Of a DNA stretch of 64,000 nucleotides, positions 37,991 to 46,876 are shown in pieces. The notes beneath the pieces were generated by a model. The model was not told the origin of the DNA. It did no database searches and saw only the letters and a program-made list of their open reading frames with translations. The translations under genes and the position numbers were made by a program. The stretch comes from Syntrophobacterales bacterium (GTDB taxonomy: Bacteria > Desulfobacterota > Desulfobaccia > Desulfobaccales > 0-14-0-80-60-11). Numbering within the stretch: the stretch's first letter is position 1; every line of letters starts with the position of its first letter. The DNA is taken from contig JARRKO010000034.1 of NCBI GenBank assembly GCA_037388025.1, positions 32,336 through 96,335 on the forward strand, read 5' to 3'.

Positions 37991-40229
37991 TTATCCGCTT
38001 CGTTTTCTCCGCCAGCCCAGGAGTCCCAGGCCCAAAAGTCCCGAGCCCAGGAGGAACACGGAAGGGGGCACCGGGGTGGGGTCAGGTTTGAGCTGGCCCA
38101 GGCCCCCCGCAAAGTCGTAGGTCTTGCCCAAAAGGTAAGCGTTGATCAGCAAGTCAGGATCGTAATAGATATTTATCTCCTCATCGTCGTCATTGAAGAT
38201 GTTATACACCATCTTGGTGAACCAGTTCACCTTGGCGCCGATCAAGCCCCCCACATACTGAGCCGTGCCCTCGTTACTGTCGTTGCCATCAAAGAGGTGC
38301 ACGGTTTGTCCGAGGATAATCAGGGTGCCCCATTCAAAGCCGTTGGTGCCCGAGGGGCCTTTGTCCTCCCCGGGGATATAAAAGTTGTGACTCTTGTCAG
38401 CCCCCGTGACGAATTTCAGGGTAGCCGCGGCGGTGTCCCAGGCGGAGGCATTAATGCTCATATTGTTGAAATCATTTTTGATTTTGAACACATCCTGGGA
38501 GTGCCCCACCAGGTATCCTGTTTGGATAACGGGGTCCGGGACTGTTAGGTCGGTGAAGGTCTGGGTGGCATGATCGCTGATATAGGCGCCCTTGTTGGTG
38601 AAGGTGCCGTTCCAGGTGACGATGGCCTTGGTGGTGTTGACGGTGCCGTTTGACGGTGCCGTAATTCTCCACGTCGCCGGTCACCGTGGTGATGGTGTTC
38701 ATGACGTTGAAGGTGTCATTGGCGTCTATATCGATGGTTTTGGCGGACAGGATGCCGCCATTGAGGTTGTAAGTGCCAGTCCCGCCGAGCGGCGAGAGGG
38801 TCAGGGAGTTGGTGACTATATTGGCGCCGCCATTCTGGTTAAAGACGCCGGTGCCCACTGGCCCGATCATCTCGTCGTTAGCCTTGAGGGTCCCGCGGTG
38901 GAGATTGTAGGTGCCGCTGCTGCCAAATTGAGCCGCCAGGGTGAGGATACCGGCCACCGTGTGGGTGCCGCCGGTTTGGTTGAAGACGCCGGTGCCGTTA
39001 TAGCCGATAAACTCGTCCCCACTAACCGAGAGGCTGCCGTCCTTTGACAAGTTATAGGTGCCGCTGCCGGTGGCCTCATTGCCCAGGGTGAGGTCAAGGC
39101 CTACCGTATGGGTGCCGCCGCTCTGATTGAAGGTGCCGCTGCCGGAGTTGCCGATATATTCATTACCGGCCACCGAAAGACTGCCGCCCTTCAGGTTGTA
39201 GGTGCCGCTGCCGGTGGGTCTATAAAAATAGCCCAGGAAAAGATTTTTGGTGCTAACCGTATGAGTGCCGCCGCTCTGGTTGAAGATGCCGCTGCCGAAG
39301 CTGCCGATATATTCATTAAAGTCAGTAACCACTAAATTGCCGGACACTAGATTGTAGGTGCCGAGGGCATCTCGAACACTTCCAAGTTCGAGACCTTTTA
39401 CGGTGTTGCTCCCTCCGGTCTGGTTGAAGGTACCGGTGCCGATACTTTCGCCCTCAGCCTGGAGGGAGCCGCCTTTCAGATTATAGGTACCGATGCCGCC
39501 AAAATCATATCCCACGTAGAGAAGACCTGAGGCCGTATGGGTACCGCCGAATTGGTTGAAGGTGCCGGTGCCGGAGTAGCCGATATATTCATTACCGGCC
39601 AGCGGACCGGCCACCGAAAGGCTGCCGCCACTCAGGTTATAGGTGCTGTTAATACCACCAAGAAAAAGGAATTGGGTTATCGTATTGGTGCCGCCGCTCT
39701 GATTGAAGGTGCCGGCGCCCTGGCTACCTATAATTTCATTGGAGGCCAAGAGGCTGCCGCTGCCGCTGAGATTGTAGGTGCCTTTACCGGTGGGGTTATA
39801 ACCGAGGATAAGTTGGCTACTTCTAGGGTTGGTATTTACCGTATTGCTGCCGCCGCTCTGGTCGTAGACCCCCTTGCCGTCCAGGCCGATAGTCTCATTA
39901 TCGGCGGTCAGGGCGTTGCCGGACTGTTGCAAGGTGATGTTGCCCCAGCCGGTGGCATCAACGGTAAGGGCGGACAACATCGGATTGGATGAGGTATTGT
40001 AAATGACAGTCTTAGGGAAGAAACCACTCTGGGTGACGAAGACGTCATCTCCGGCCCCCGGCTCCCCTGACGGGCTCCAGTTGCTGGCCGTAGTCCACAG
40101 ATTATTGAAGGGGGTGCCGACCCACTGTTTGGTGACGGCCAGGGCCGGCTGGGCCATAAGGACCAGTAGCAAGGCGGCGGTGGCAATGAGAGTCCATAAG
40201 CATCTGGTCTTGGTGCTATCCGGTTGCAT
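37991..40229 (-). pseudogene. Repeat-rich secreted PEP-CTERM protein, split by a 13-bp tandem duplication (frameshift)
   Basis: Signal peptide MQPDSTKTRCLWTLIATAALLLVLMAQPALA, with the ATG at 40229 and an AAGGAG Shine-Dalgarno. There are about eight G(T/S)G(T/V)FNQxGG(T/S)(N/H)T(V/I)...GTYNLxGGSL repeats. The C-terminal sorting signal is PVPPSVFLLGSGLLGLGLLGWRRKRSG. The reading frame switches at 38637-38662 between ORFs 38472-40286 and 37991-38509. Confidence 0.85.
38637..38662 (-). repeat. Perfect 13-bp tandem duplication (TTGACGGTGCCGT x2 on the + strand) causing the frameshift
   Basis: Bases 38637-38649 equal 38650-38662. Removing one unit joins ...TVTGDVENYGTV to NTTKAIVTWNGTFTNKGAYISDH... 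in one frame. Confidence 0.9.
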
Positions 40230-40439
40230 GAGCGGGTTCTCCTTTTCCCCATAGGACAGCTGCTGGCCTGAAATAAGAAACACCAATCCGCTAAAAAATA
40301 AAGCAATTTTTGTGCCTTTATTAACCTCTTGAAATTCTTAGAGTCGCCCAAAGGAATGGTTCGGAGGATGAAACATTGCGTTTCATTCTCTGAACTTTTT
40401 ACACCCTTATGAATAGGGTGCAAGTTTAGGTTGAGTCTA

Positions 40440-40643
40440 TATCTTGCCAGTCTTTGCAGTTATCGCCTCGCCCTGAAAAATTGCAGAGATGATCTACATA
40501 TCAGAACAAGGTGAGGCGGATCCGTGGCTAAGTTATGGGAACCCTTAAAGGGTAGGGCTTTGGATGATGGATTTGATGTTTCCATATTGGATGGATAAGT
40601 AGAATTTTCAGTGGCTTGATAAGTTGCTAAGAAGAGTAGCCAG
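40440..40643 (+). repeat. Repeat family R, copy R3 (204 bp)
   Basis: TATCTTGCCAGTCTTTGCAGTTATCGCC...ATATCAGAACAAGGTGAGGCGGATCCGTGG...GAATTTTCAGTGGCTTGATAAGTTGCTAAGAAGAGTAGCCAG. Confidence 0.85.
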
Positions 40644-40733
40644 TGAAAAATAGAGAGCTGCCAGGGTTTGGCCAAAAGTGAACAGGGGATATCCTCTACA
40701 ATGGGCACGAGGACGTCTCCATACTCTGGCTAT

Positions 40734-41321
40734 TTATTTATTCTTCAGGAAGAAGATGGTGCGCCAGCGATGATCTCCCGCCAGGGCATGCAGTATGACT
40801 GCACCTACATGCACGGCCAAAAATACGGGAACCAGCCATTCTCCGAACTCGTGCAGTTCTTTTACCAGGTGCATGGCGCCATGGGCTTTCTGTCCTGGTA
40901 TCAGGAAGAGGAACATCGACAACCCGGTAACCGTCATCCAGGTGAAAACCGCCAGCCCAAAGGACTCCCAGAGGGCCGCCAATCCCTGGTGGGGCTCACG
41001 CTCAGGCAACTTCAGGGTGAGCAGGCTGCGAATATCTTCCAGGATCATCTTCACCCGTTCTGAATTATACGGTACCCAGTTGGCGAAGCGGGCCGGCTCA
41101 GGGCCACAGAAGCCGTGCAATAAGCGCGCTGCCACAAAAACGGCCGTACCCAAACCCAGCATCTTGTGGACCATGAAACCCAGGTGCAAGACCTTTTTGT
41201 AGTCCCCGGCCCAGTATCCGGTCAGCCAGGCCAGCACTCCAAAGATCATCAGACCGAAATGAAGGAGTATGGTAAAGCTATCCAACTCTTCTGACGGTTT
41301 CAAATCGGCAGGCTTATCCAT
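40734..41321 (-). CDS. Cytochrome b561 / Ni-Fe-hydrogenase b-type cytochrome-like membrane protein
   Basis: Four TM helices with conserved His residues (ILLHFGLMIFG, FMVHKMLG, AMHLVKELHEFGEW, FLAVHVGAVILHAL), the pattern of the PF01292-type family. Confidence 0.75.
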   Translation of the reverse strand: MDKPADLKPSEELDSFTILLHFGLMIFGVLAWLTGYWAGDYKKVLHLGFMVHKMLGLGTAVFVAARLLHGFCGPEPARFANWVPYNSERVKMILEDIRSLLTLKLPEREPHQGLAALWESFGLAVFTWMTVTGLSMFLFLIPGQKAHGAMHLVKELHEFGEWLVPVFLAVHVGAVILHALAGDHRWRTIFFLKNK

Positions 41322-41399
41322 ATGACATCACTCCCGTTTAAGCTTCTGGATGAGTCCCGGGCAGGCAAGAGCTGCACCGTGCCTGCCCGGTGCAGGCGC

Positions 41400-42200
41400 C
41401 TAAAAGGCCTGGTCCGGTTTCCACACCTTCCAGACGTTGCCCACCAGGTCCGGACCCGGTTTCAGCGTCGGCTTGCCCGGCTGCCAGCCTGAAGGCATGG
41501 CCTCCCCGGTCTTGCGGACATGCTGAAACGCCTTGACCTGGCGGATGAGTTCCGCCACATTACGGCCCACCGACGGAGTAAGTACCTCCATGGCTTGGAT
41601 AACCCCGTCGGGGTCGATAATAAAGCGGCCGCGCAGGTTGACTCCCGCCGCGTCATCGTACACGCCGTATACCGTGCCGATCTTGCCCCCGGCATCGGCC
41701 AGCATGGGATAGGGCACCCCGCCGGGCACCATCTTAGCCAACTCTTCAGTTTGCCAGATTTTGTGGGCAAAGCGGCTATCCGTGCTGACAGCCATGACTT
41801 CCACGCCCATTTTTTTAAGTTCCGGATACTTAACTGCAACTGCAGTCAATTCAGTGGGTCAGACAAAGGTGAAGTCGCCGGGATAAAAGCAGAGCACCGT
41901 CCATTTGCCTCGGTTGTCCGAAAGCTTCAGATTTTTAAAAGCACCATTGACAAAGGCGTTGGCTTCGAAATCCGGCGCGACCTTACCCACCCGGGCCCTA
42001 ACCGGAGCAGACTGGGACTGGCTGGCGCTGGCTGCAGATTGAGCCTTGGCCTGGGGCGCCAGCGGACCTTTGGCCGGGGCTACACACGACGAATCCACGT
42101 CCCTCTTCTTTCCTTTGTCCTTTTCCACGGCCGCCGCCGGCAGAGCTATGAACAGCAGGGCGGCGGCCATCATGAGCCAGATACAGAACCTTCTGAGCAC
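41400..42200 (-). CDS. Exported peroxiredoxin (AhpC/Prx1 type) with selenocysteine (UGA at 41859-41861) at the peroxidatic position
   Basis: ORFs 41859-42233 and 41400-41849 are in the same frame, separated only by TGA. The joined sequence reads [17 protein letters not shown], where the consensus is FYPxDFTFVCPTE. A SECIS-like hairpin lies 9 nt downstream. The probable start is the GTG at 42200 after GAGGAGGG, giving the signal peptide [23 protein letters not shown]. Confidence 0.85.
41830..41849 (-). promoter_or_regulatory. SECIS-like hairpin downstream of the in-frame UGA
   Basis: The minus-strand RNA UUGACUGCA-GU-UGCAGUUAA forms a 9-bp stem (one G-U pair) with G and U at the apex. The stem starts 10 nt after the UGA, so the apical loop is about 19-20 nt from the UGA. 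Confidence 0.65.
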
Positions 42201-42320
42201 AACTTTTCCCTCCTCGAATCTCAATGATAGCACGAAAATCTTTCCTGAATGGATTTTCCGCTATTAAGGCCAGCAATAAACGATAATCTAACCTTAGGGG
42301 GGTTAGGAAAACGGGTTGTT

Positions 42321-42350
42321 AAAGAATAAAGGCCAGGAGATATCCTGGCC
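42321..42350 (-). terminator. Rho-independent terminator of the small secreted protein gene 42413-42700
   Basis: GGCCAGGA (42331-42338) pairs with TCCTGGCC (42343-42350). On the minus strand it is followed by UUUAUUCUUU. Confidence 0.7.
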
Positions 42351-42412
42351 TTGTTAGTTAGCCATGCCTGGCTATTGCACGCTGTTGAGTTTGCTAAACT
42401 GAAGGACAAAGG

Positions 42413-42700
42413 CTATGGTAGGCAGCTACCATCTTTAAGCTGTTGCCGAATCTGGGTCTGGAGAGGATTTAAGACGCGGGTCTGGCTTTGCGGACAATTA
42501 ATGATGTTGTAGAAGTTGCCAGGATTATTGAATTGAAATCCTCCCGTACCTCTCAGCTCTTTGGCTTCCTGATCGGTGATCTTTTGCAGGGTGCTCAGTT
42601 GCAAATCTTTAGAGGGTTGAGGTACTTCCGTAGCCGCGACCAGGGCAACACTCCCCAGGACCAGCGACAACACCATGATCACAGTTGTTACTTTTTTCAT
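42413..42700 (-). CDS. Small secreted protein P1 (95 aa): signal peptide, conserved leader ending in RGTG, variable C-terminus
   Basis: MKKVTTVIMVLSLVLGSVALVAA signal peptide. The conserved block EVPQPSK..LS..QKITDQEAKELRGTGG is shared with 46417-46716. It has its own terminator. Confidence 0.75.
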   Translation of the reverse strand: MKKVTTVIMVLSLVLGSVALVAATEVPQPSKDLQLSTLQKITDQEAKELRGTGGFQFNNPGNFYNIINCPQSQTRVLNPLQTQIRQQLKDGSCLP

Positions 42701-42842
42701 AAGTTGACTCCTTTTGGTGAAAGTTTTGAGCTGAATTTTTCTTGGATAAAATCATAGGAAAAAGGAGTCGGTTCGGAAATCAGAGGAAGCCTCTTGTAAA
42801 AAGTGGAATTTGAGAGACTCAATATCATGGTGAGTTGGTGAT

Positions 42843-43475
42843 TCAGCTTATCAGTCCATATTTAACGGCATAATAGGTAAACTCGGAGTTATTTTTCATA
42901 CCCATTTTGCTTAAAGCCCGTACCCGATAGGTACTGACGGTTTTGACACTCAGGCACATTTCGTCGGCAATTTCTTTGACCGTTTTTCCTGAGGCAATCA
43001 TAAGCATCACCTGATATTCCCGGTCGGAAAGGGTTTCATGACCCGGTTTATCTGCATCCACTTCGAGATGGGAGGCAAGTTTTTCAGCCAGGGAGGAACT
43101 GATGTATTTCCCGCCCTGAGAGACTCTGCGTATGGCTGCGATCAGTTCTTCGGGAGCGCTCTCTTTGGTCAGATAACCGGAAGCCCCCGCCTTCAAAGCC
43201 CGCACCGCATATTGTTCTTCAGGATAAATACTTAACACCAGTACCGGCAGTTTCGGTTTTTCCCTCTTGACCTCCTTGAGCGTTTCCAGGCCGTCTTTGC
43301 CGGGCATGGCCAGGTCCAACAACACCATGTCCCAGTCTTCCCGGCGGACGTGTTCTATCACTTCATGCCCGTTCGTCGCTTCCCCCGCCGCCACCAGGTC
43401 TTTGGTATCAGCCAGAATCTGCTTGATCCCTTCCCGGACAATGGCATGGTCATCCGATATGAGTATTCTGATCAC
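42843..43475 (-). CDS. NarL/FixJ-family response regulator (REC plus LuxR-type HTH)
   Basis: REC motifs (ILISDDH, DMVLLDLAMPG, SGYLTK) and a C-terminal LuxR HTH (LSDREYQVMLMIASGKTVKEIADEMCLSVKTVSTYR). GTG start overlapping the kinase gene. Confidence 0.92.
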   Translation of the reverse strand: MIRILISDDHAIVREGIKQILADTKDLVAAGEATNGHEVIEHVRREDWDMVLLDLAMPGKDGLETLKEVKREKPKLPVLVLSIYPEEQYAVRALKAGASGYLTKESAPEELIAAIRRVSQGGKYISSSLAEKLASHLEVDADKPGHETLSDREYQVMLMIASGKTVKEIADEMCLSVKTVSTYRVRALSKMGMKNNSEFTYYAVKYGLIS

Positions 43476-44949
43476 CGATGTTCTCCCTTGTTTCGAGGGG
43501 CAGGCTCACATAAACGATGGTGCCTTGATCGGGAGCGCCGCTGATCCTCAGTTCCCCCGAAGCGGCAAGTTGTTCGGCAGTAATGCCCTCGCCATTGTCC
43601 CGGATTTCCATTTCCACATTATCAGGATTTTCTTCGAGAATAACCTCAACCTGAGTGGCGTGGGCATGGCGGGCGATATTGGTCAAGGCCTCCTGAAAGA
43701 TGCGGAACAGCGCAATGGAACGGGACTGATCCAGAATGATATCCTCGGGCTCTGACCGGATATCGCATAGGAGCCCCGCCCGGCTGCAAAATTCCTGAGC
43801 TTGCCATTCAATGGCGGCCGTCAGGCCCAGATCATCCAGTAAGCCCGGCCGCAGTTCCGAGGAAATCCGGCGCACGGCTTGCACCGTGGTATCAATGATC
43901 CTCGACATTGCTTTGATTTTGTCCATCAGCACCTGATGATCCGTGGACAATCTCGACCCCAGCCAGTGAACGTCCATCTTCAAGGCGGTCAGGGCCTGTC
44001 CCAGCTCATCATGAATCTCCCGGGCAATACGGCTTCTCTCTTCTTCCCTGATGTGCTGTAAATGCAAGGCCAGGTCGCGCAACTGGTCCTGAGATTGCTT
44101 TAGTTCTTCCTCTGCCCGCTTCCGGTCGGTGATTTCCTGTTGGAGCTGTTCATTTGCACTCGCTAATGCGACGGTGCGGGCCTCTACCAACACCTCAAGA
44201 TGTTTGCGGTGCCTGCTTAAGTCTTCAGCCATCTTATTGAAAGAATCTGCCAGGGTTCCGATTTCATCATTTCTCTTAATCATCAACGGAGAAACCATTT
44301 CTCCGTTAGCGACCAGTTTCATGGCATCAGTAATACGTTGTATCGGCCAGGAGATAAAGGTGGCTAAGAAATAGGCAACTATGCCCCCGATGATGATAGT
44401 CACCAAACCGATTAAAATAATTTGTCGCTGAGCCGTGGCAATTTCCTTGGCAACGGCGGAATAGGAGTATCCCAAAAAAACTGTGCCCAGTCGCGCTCCA
44501 GCAACTTCAATGGGAGCACAGATATTATAATAAACGTCCCCTTTTTTTATGAGATGCGCATGAGAGTAACCCGGTACATAAGGGCTGCTTTTTCCGGGGT
44601 GTACGATATTTTGATAAGTTTTACCGATCTGACTCAAATCGCTATGCATCACCACCTTATCAGCAGGATCTACTATGCTGACATAGCGGACATAATCCTG
44701 CTTCATGGTGTGATTGACGTAGCGACGCAGAGTAGCCCAATCATGACTTAATAAAGGTCTCTCGGCAAATTTCGCCAGATCATTGGCCAGAGCCAGCCCC
44801 CTTTTACGCAGCTCATCTTCCAGAGTGCCTTTTTCCCGTAGGGTGGTGATAACCCCGGTGAATACGACCACAAGGATGACCAGACCTTCAATCAATAGGG
44901 TCAGCTTGGCTCTCAATCTAAACTTAAACCATGGAAATGATGAATGCAT
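43450..44949 (-). CDS. Membrane sensor histidine kinase (periplasmic Cache/PDC-like domain, HAMP, HisKA_3, HATPase_c)
   Basis: Two TM helices flank a periplasmic domain. HAMP is ISWPIQRITDAMKLVANGEM, the H-box is EIHDELGQALTAL and the N-box is QEALTNIARHA. The segment after DNGEGI looks shorter than usual, with no obvious G2 box. Confidence 0.88.
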   Translation of the reverse strand: MHSSFPWFKFRLRAKLTLLIEGLVILVVVFTGVITTLREKGTLEDELRKRGLALANDLAKFAERPLLSHDWATLRRYVNHTMKQDYVRYVSIVDPADKVVMHSDLSQIGKTYQNIVHPGKSSPYVPGYSHAHLIKKGDVYYNICAPIEVAGARLGTVFLGYSYSAVAKEIATAQRQIILIGLVTIIIGGIVAYFLATFISWPIQRITDAMKLVANGEMVSPLMIKRNDEIGTLADSFNKMAEDLSRHRKHLEVLVEARTVALASANEQLQQEITDRKRAEEELKQSQDQLRDLALHLQHIREEERSRIAREIHDELGQALTALKMDVHWLGSRLSTDHQVLMDKIKAMSRIIDTTVQAVRRISSELRPGLLDDLGLTAAIEWQAQEFCSRAGLLCDIRSEPEDIILDQSRSIALFRIFQEALTNIARHAHATQVEVILEENPDNVEMEIRDNGEGITAEQLAASGELRISGAPDQGTIVYVSLPLETRENIGDQNTHIG

Positions 44950-44998
44950 AAGTGTCGAATTTCCTGAAAAGTGGTTTGTTTAATCGTTGCTATTTGGC

Positions 44999-45859
44999 CT
45001 ACTTGCTGCTCATCAACATCCTTATCAAGCCAAAGTCCCCATCAGAATATACCCTGAATCCTCCCAATTCAGTCGGATATAATATTTTCATGTCATCAGG
45101 ATTATGCCTATCAAGATTCAGTAATGCTTGTCTTATTTTTATAATAGTTTCTTTTTCAGTACCTTTACGGGCACCAAAAACTTTCATCGGTACATCTTTG
45201 GTCTTCGCAATAACTATAATCTGACTAGAATCTACCCCCAGTTCCTTTTGTTTGTCCTCATGCTCTCCCGCGAAATGGTCGCATACCACTCCAGCATCAA
45301 CAGCTTTTAGGTACACATTAAAAGCTATGTCTTCACAACAACCTCCGTTAAGATAAGCTTTTAAATCCTTCTCAATATCTATCCCGTTATCTTCCAATAA
45401 TAATTTGCCTGCGAGCCACTTACTGGCAGAAAACTTGGGACCGAACATGACAGTTTTTTTCTTCAAATCTGTTACCTTATGTATGCCGCTATCTTTCCTA
45501 ACAATAATCACCCCGGATTGAGTAGTGCCTCCCTCCAGGTTAAGGGTTCTGAGTAGAGAATCCTTATCAAATAAATTTGACAGTTTAAGAAAAGTGTGGG
45601 GGTCCTGCAGGGCGAAGTCTATTTCCCCATTATGGAGTGAGGTTTCGAACTTGGTGAGATTCTCAGGGACTACCAGCCTGATGGGCAATCCGGTCTTCTG
45701 GGTTAGATAGGTAACTAAGGGGTGGAATTTCTTGAAAGTCATCACGATATCTGTGCAGGGAAGGACAGCAATATTTATAGGTTTCTTTTGAACTTCAGCT
45801 GATATCGAAGTGACTTGTAGAAACAAGATAATTAACAGCATGCCAAACATTCTAATCAT
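44999..45859 (-). CDS. PhnD-like periplasmic substrate-binding protein (phosphonate/phosphate ABC-type SBP fold) associated with the kinase
   Basis: Signal peptide, then INIAVLPCTDIVMTFKKFHPLVTYL..., FALQDPHTFL and MFGPKFSASKWLAGKLLL, the pattern of PhnD-type SBPs. No ABC permease or ATPase is adjacent. Confidence 0.7.
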   Translation of the reverse strand: MIRMFGMLLIILFLQVTSISAEVQKKPINIAVLPCTDIVMTFKKFHPLVTYLTQKTGLPIRLVVPENLTKFETSLHNGEIDFALQDPHTFLKLSNLFDKDSLLRTLNLEGGTTQSGVIIVRKDSGIHKVTDLKKKTVMFGPKFSASKWLAGKLLLEDNGIDIEKDLKAYLNGGCCEDIAFNVYLKAVDAGVVCDHFAGEHEDKQKELGVDSSQIIVIAKTKDVPMKVFGARKGTEKETIIKIRQALLNLDRHNPDDMKILYPTELGGFRVYSDGDFGLIRMLMSSK

Positions 45860-46040
45860 AATTTATCAGGCTCCTGTATTATCAATCTATTTTCGCCGCA
45901 TGCTGAATTATCCCATCGAGTTAGTCTACGTTATCCCCTAGACTATTTGCCACTGATGGTTAATTTCTCATGATAGTTGGAGATGGGCAATATTATTCCG
46001 TCCATCGAAAGTGAAAGCGAGGGCTTGCTGCGCCCCGTCC

Positions 46041-46232
46041 CACTTGGCAGTTTAGTTATCTTCAGGCAATAAATACTATAACAAATTTTTTCAGCTAGTA
46101 TAAAGTCTCTATCCCCGTGCTACAGCTGGTTTGTCATGAAAATAAGTTATTAAATTTCCTGATGAATCTTCCATGTGCTCTGAATATGGAGGTTTTTTGG
46201 CTGCTTGATAAGTTACTAGTGAGGGCAGCGAA
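46041..46232 (+). repeat. Repeat family R, copy R4 (about 192 bp, diverged)
   Basis: The 5' end is CACTTGGCAGTTTAGTTATCTTCAGG. The 3' end is CCATGTGCTCTGAATATGGAGGTTTTTTGGCTGCTTGATAAGTTACTAGTGAGGGCAGCGAA, which aligns with the R2 3' module. Confidence 0.65.
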
Positions 46233-46340
46233 GGAAAATTTAAAAAAACCGATTAGACCCGGAGTCATAGTTTATTGCAAACTTTCCCCTTCCCCCCTAT
46301 CCCACAAGCATAATAGCGCCCAATAATATAGTGTAGGCGC

Positions 46341-46375
46341 AAAAAAGCTGGGCATGGCCTGAGGCTGTGCCCAGC
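46341..46375 (-). terminator. Rho-independent terminator of the small secreted protein gene 46417-46716
   Basis: GCTGGGCA (46347-46354) pairs with TGCCCAGC (46368-46375). On the minus strand it is followed by UUUUUU (46341-46346). Confidence 0.75.
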
Positions 46376-46416
46376 CGGTGTGACCCATTGAAACAGCTAT
46401 TCTGATGGGGTGAAGG

Positions 46417-46716
46417 CTAATTCCAGTTGCTCTGAGTACGATCCCGCGGACACTTCTGGGCCCCCACCGGCGAGATATCATAAGAAGTCTGGGTTTGCGA
46501 CTGGGTTCGGGGCTGCAGGGCAGAAGTAATGGTTACGCTCTGGATGTCAAACGAAACTCCTGTGCCCCTGATCTCTTGGGCCTCCTGATCGGTAAGCTTT
46601 TGAAAACCGCTCAAGTCAACAGTCTTCGGGGCTTGGGGCACATCCGCCGCGGCCGCCAGGGTGACTCCCCCAAGGATCAGCGATAGTACCATAAGCGCAG
46701 TGGTCAATTTTTTCAT
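46417..46716 (-). CDS. Small secreted protein P2 (99 aa), paralogue of P1
   Basis: MKKLTTALMVLSLILGGVTLAAA signal peptide and the conserved block DVPQAPK..LSGFQKLTDQEAQEIRGTG. The C-terminal ~45 aa are unrelated to P1. Confidence 0.75.
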   Translation of the reverse strand: MKKLTTALMVLSLILGGVTLAAAADVPQAPKTVDLSGFQKLTDQEAQEIRGTGVSFDIQSVTITSALQPRTQSQTQTSYDISPVGAQKCPRDRTQSNWN

Positions 46717-46876
46717 TGCTTACCCCTTTCCTCAGATTTAAAGCCAAAATTCCTTTTAGAATAGATACTATATGCAGAGTGACCCGCCACACAAGTCAGA
46801 GGATTTTTATGTCTTTGCGTGTAAGTGTTTGTCCTACAAGAAGCCCGGCAGGGAATTAATTACTATCTGTCAATTG

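Noticed and set aside
37543-38548. ORFs 37543-37884 and 37862-38548, and likewise 25596-25862, 25643-25834 and 40460-40708, which run across R repeat copies. They share peptide strings such as DKFLRRA.
   Set aside because: The shared peptide strings simply reflect translation of the repeat. The frames are not conserved between copies, and 37862-38548 is antisense to the PEP-CTERM C-terminus.
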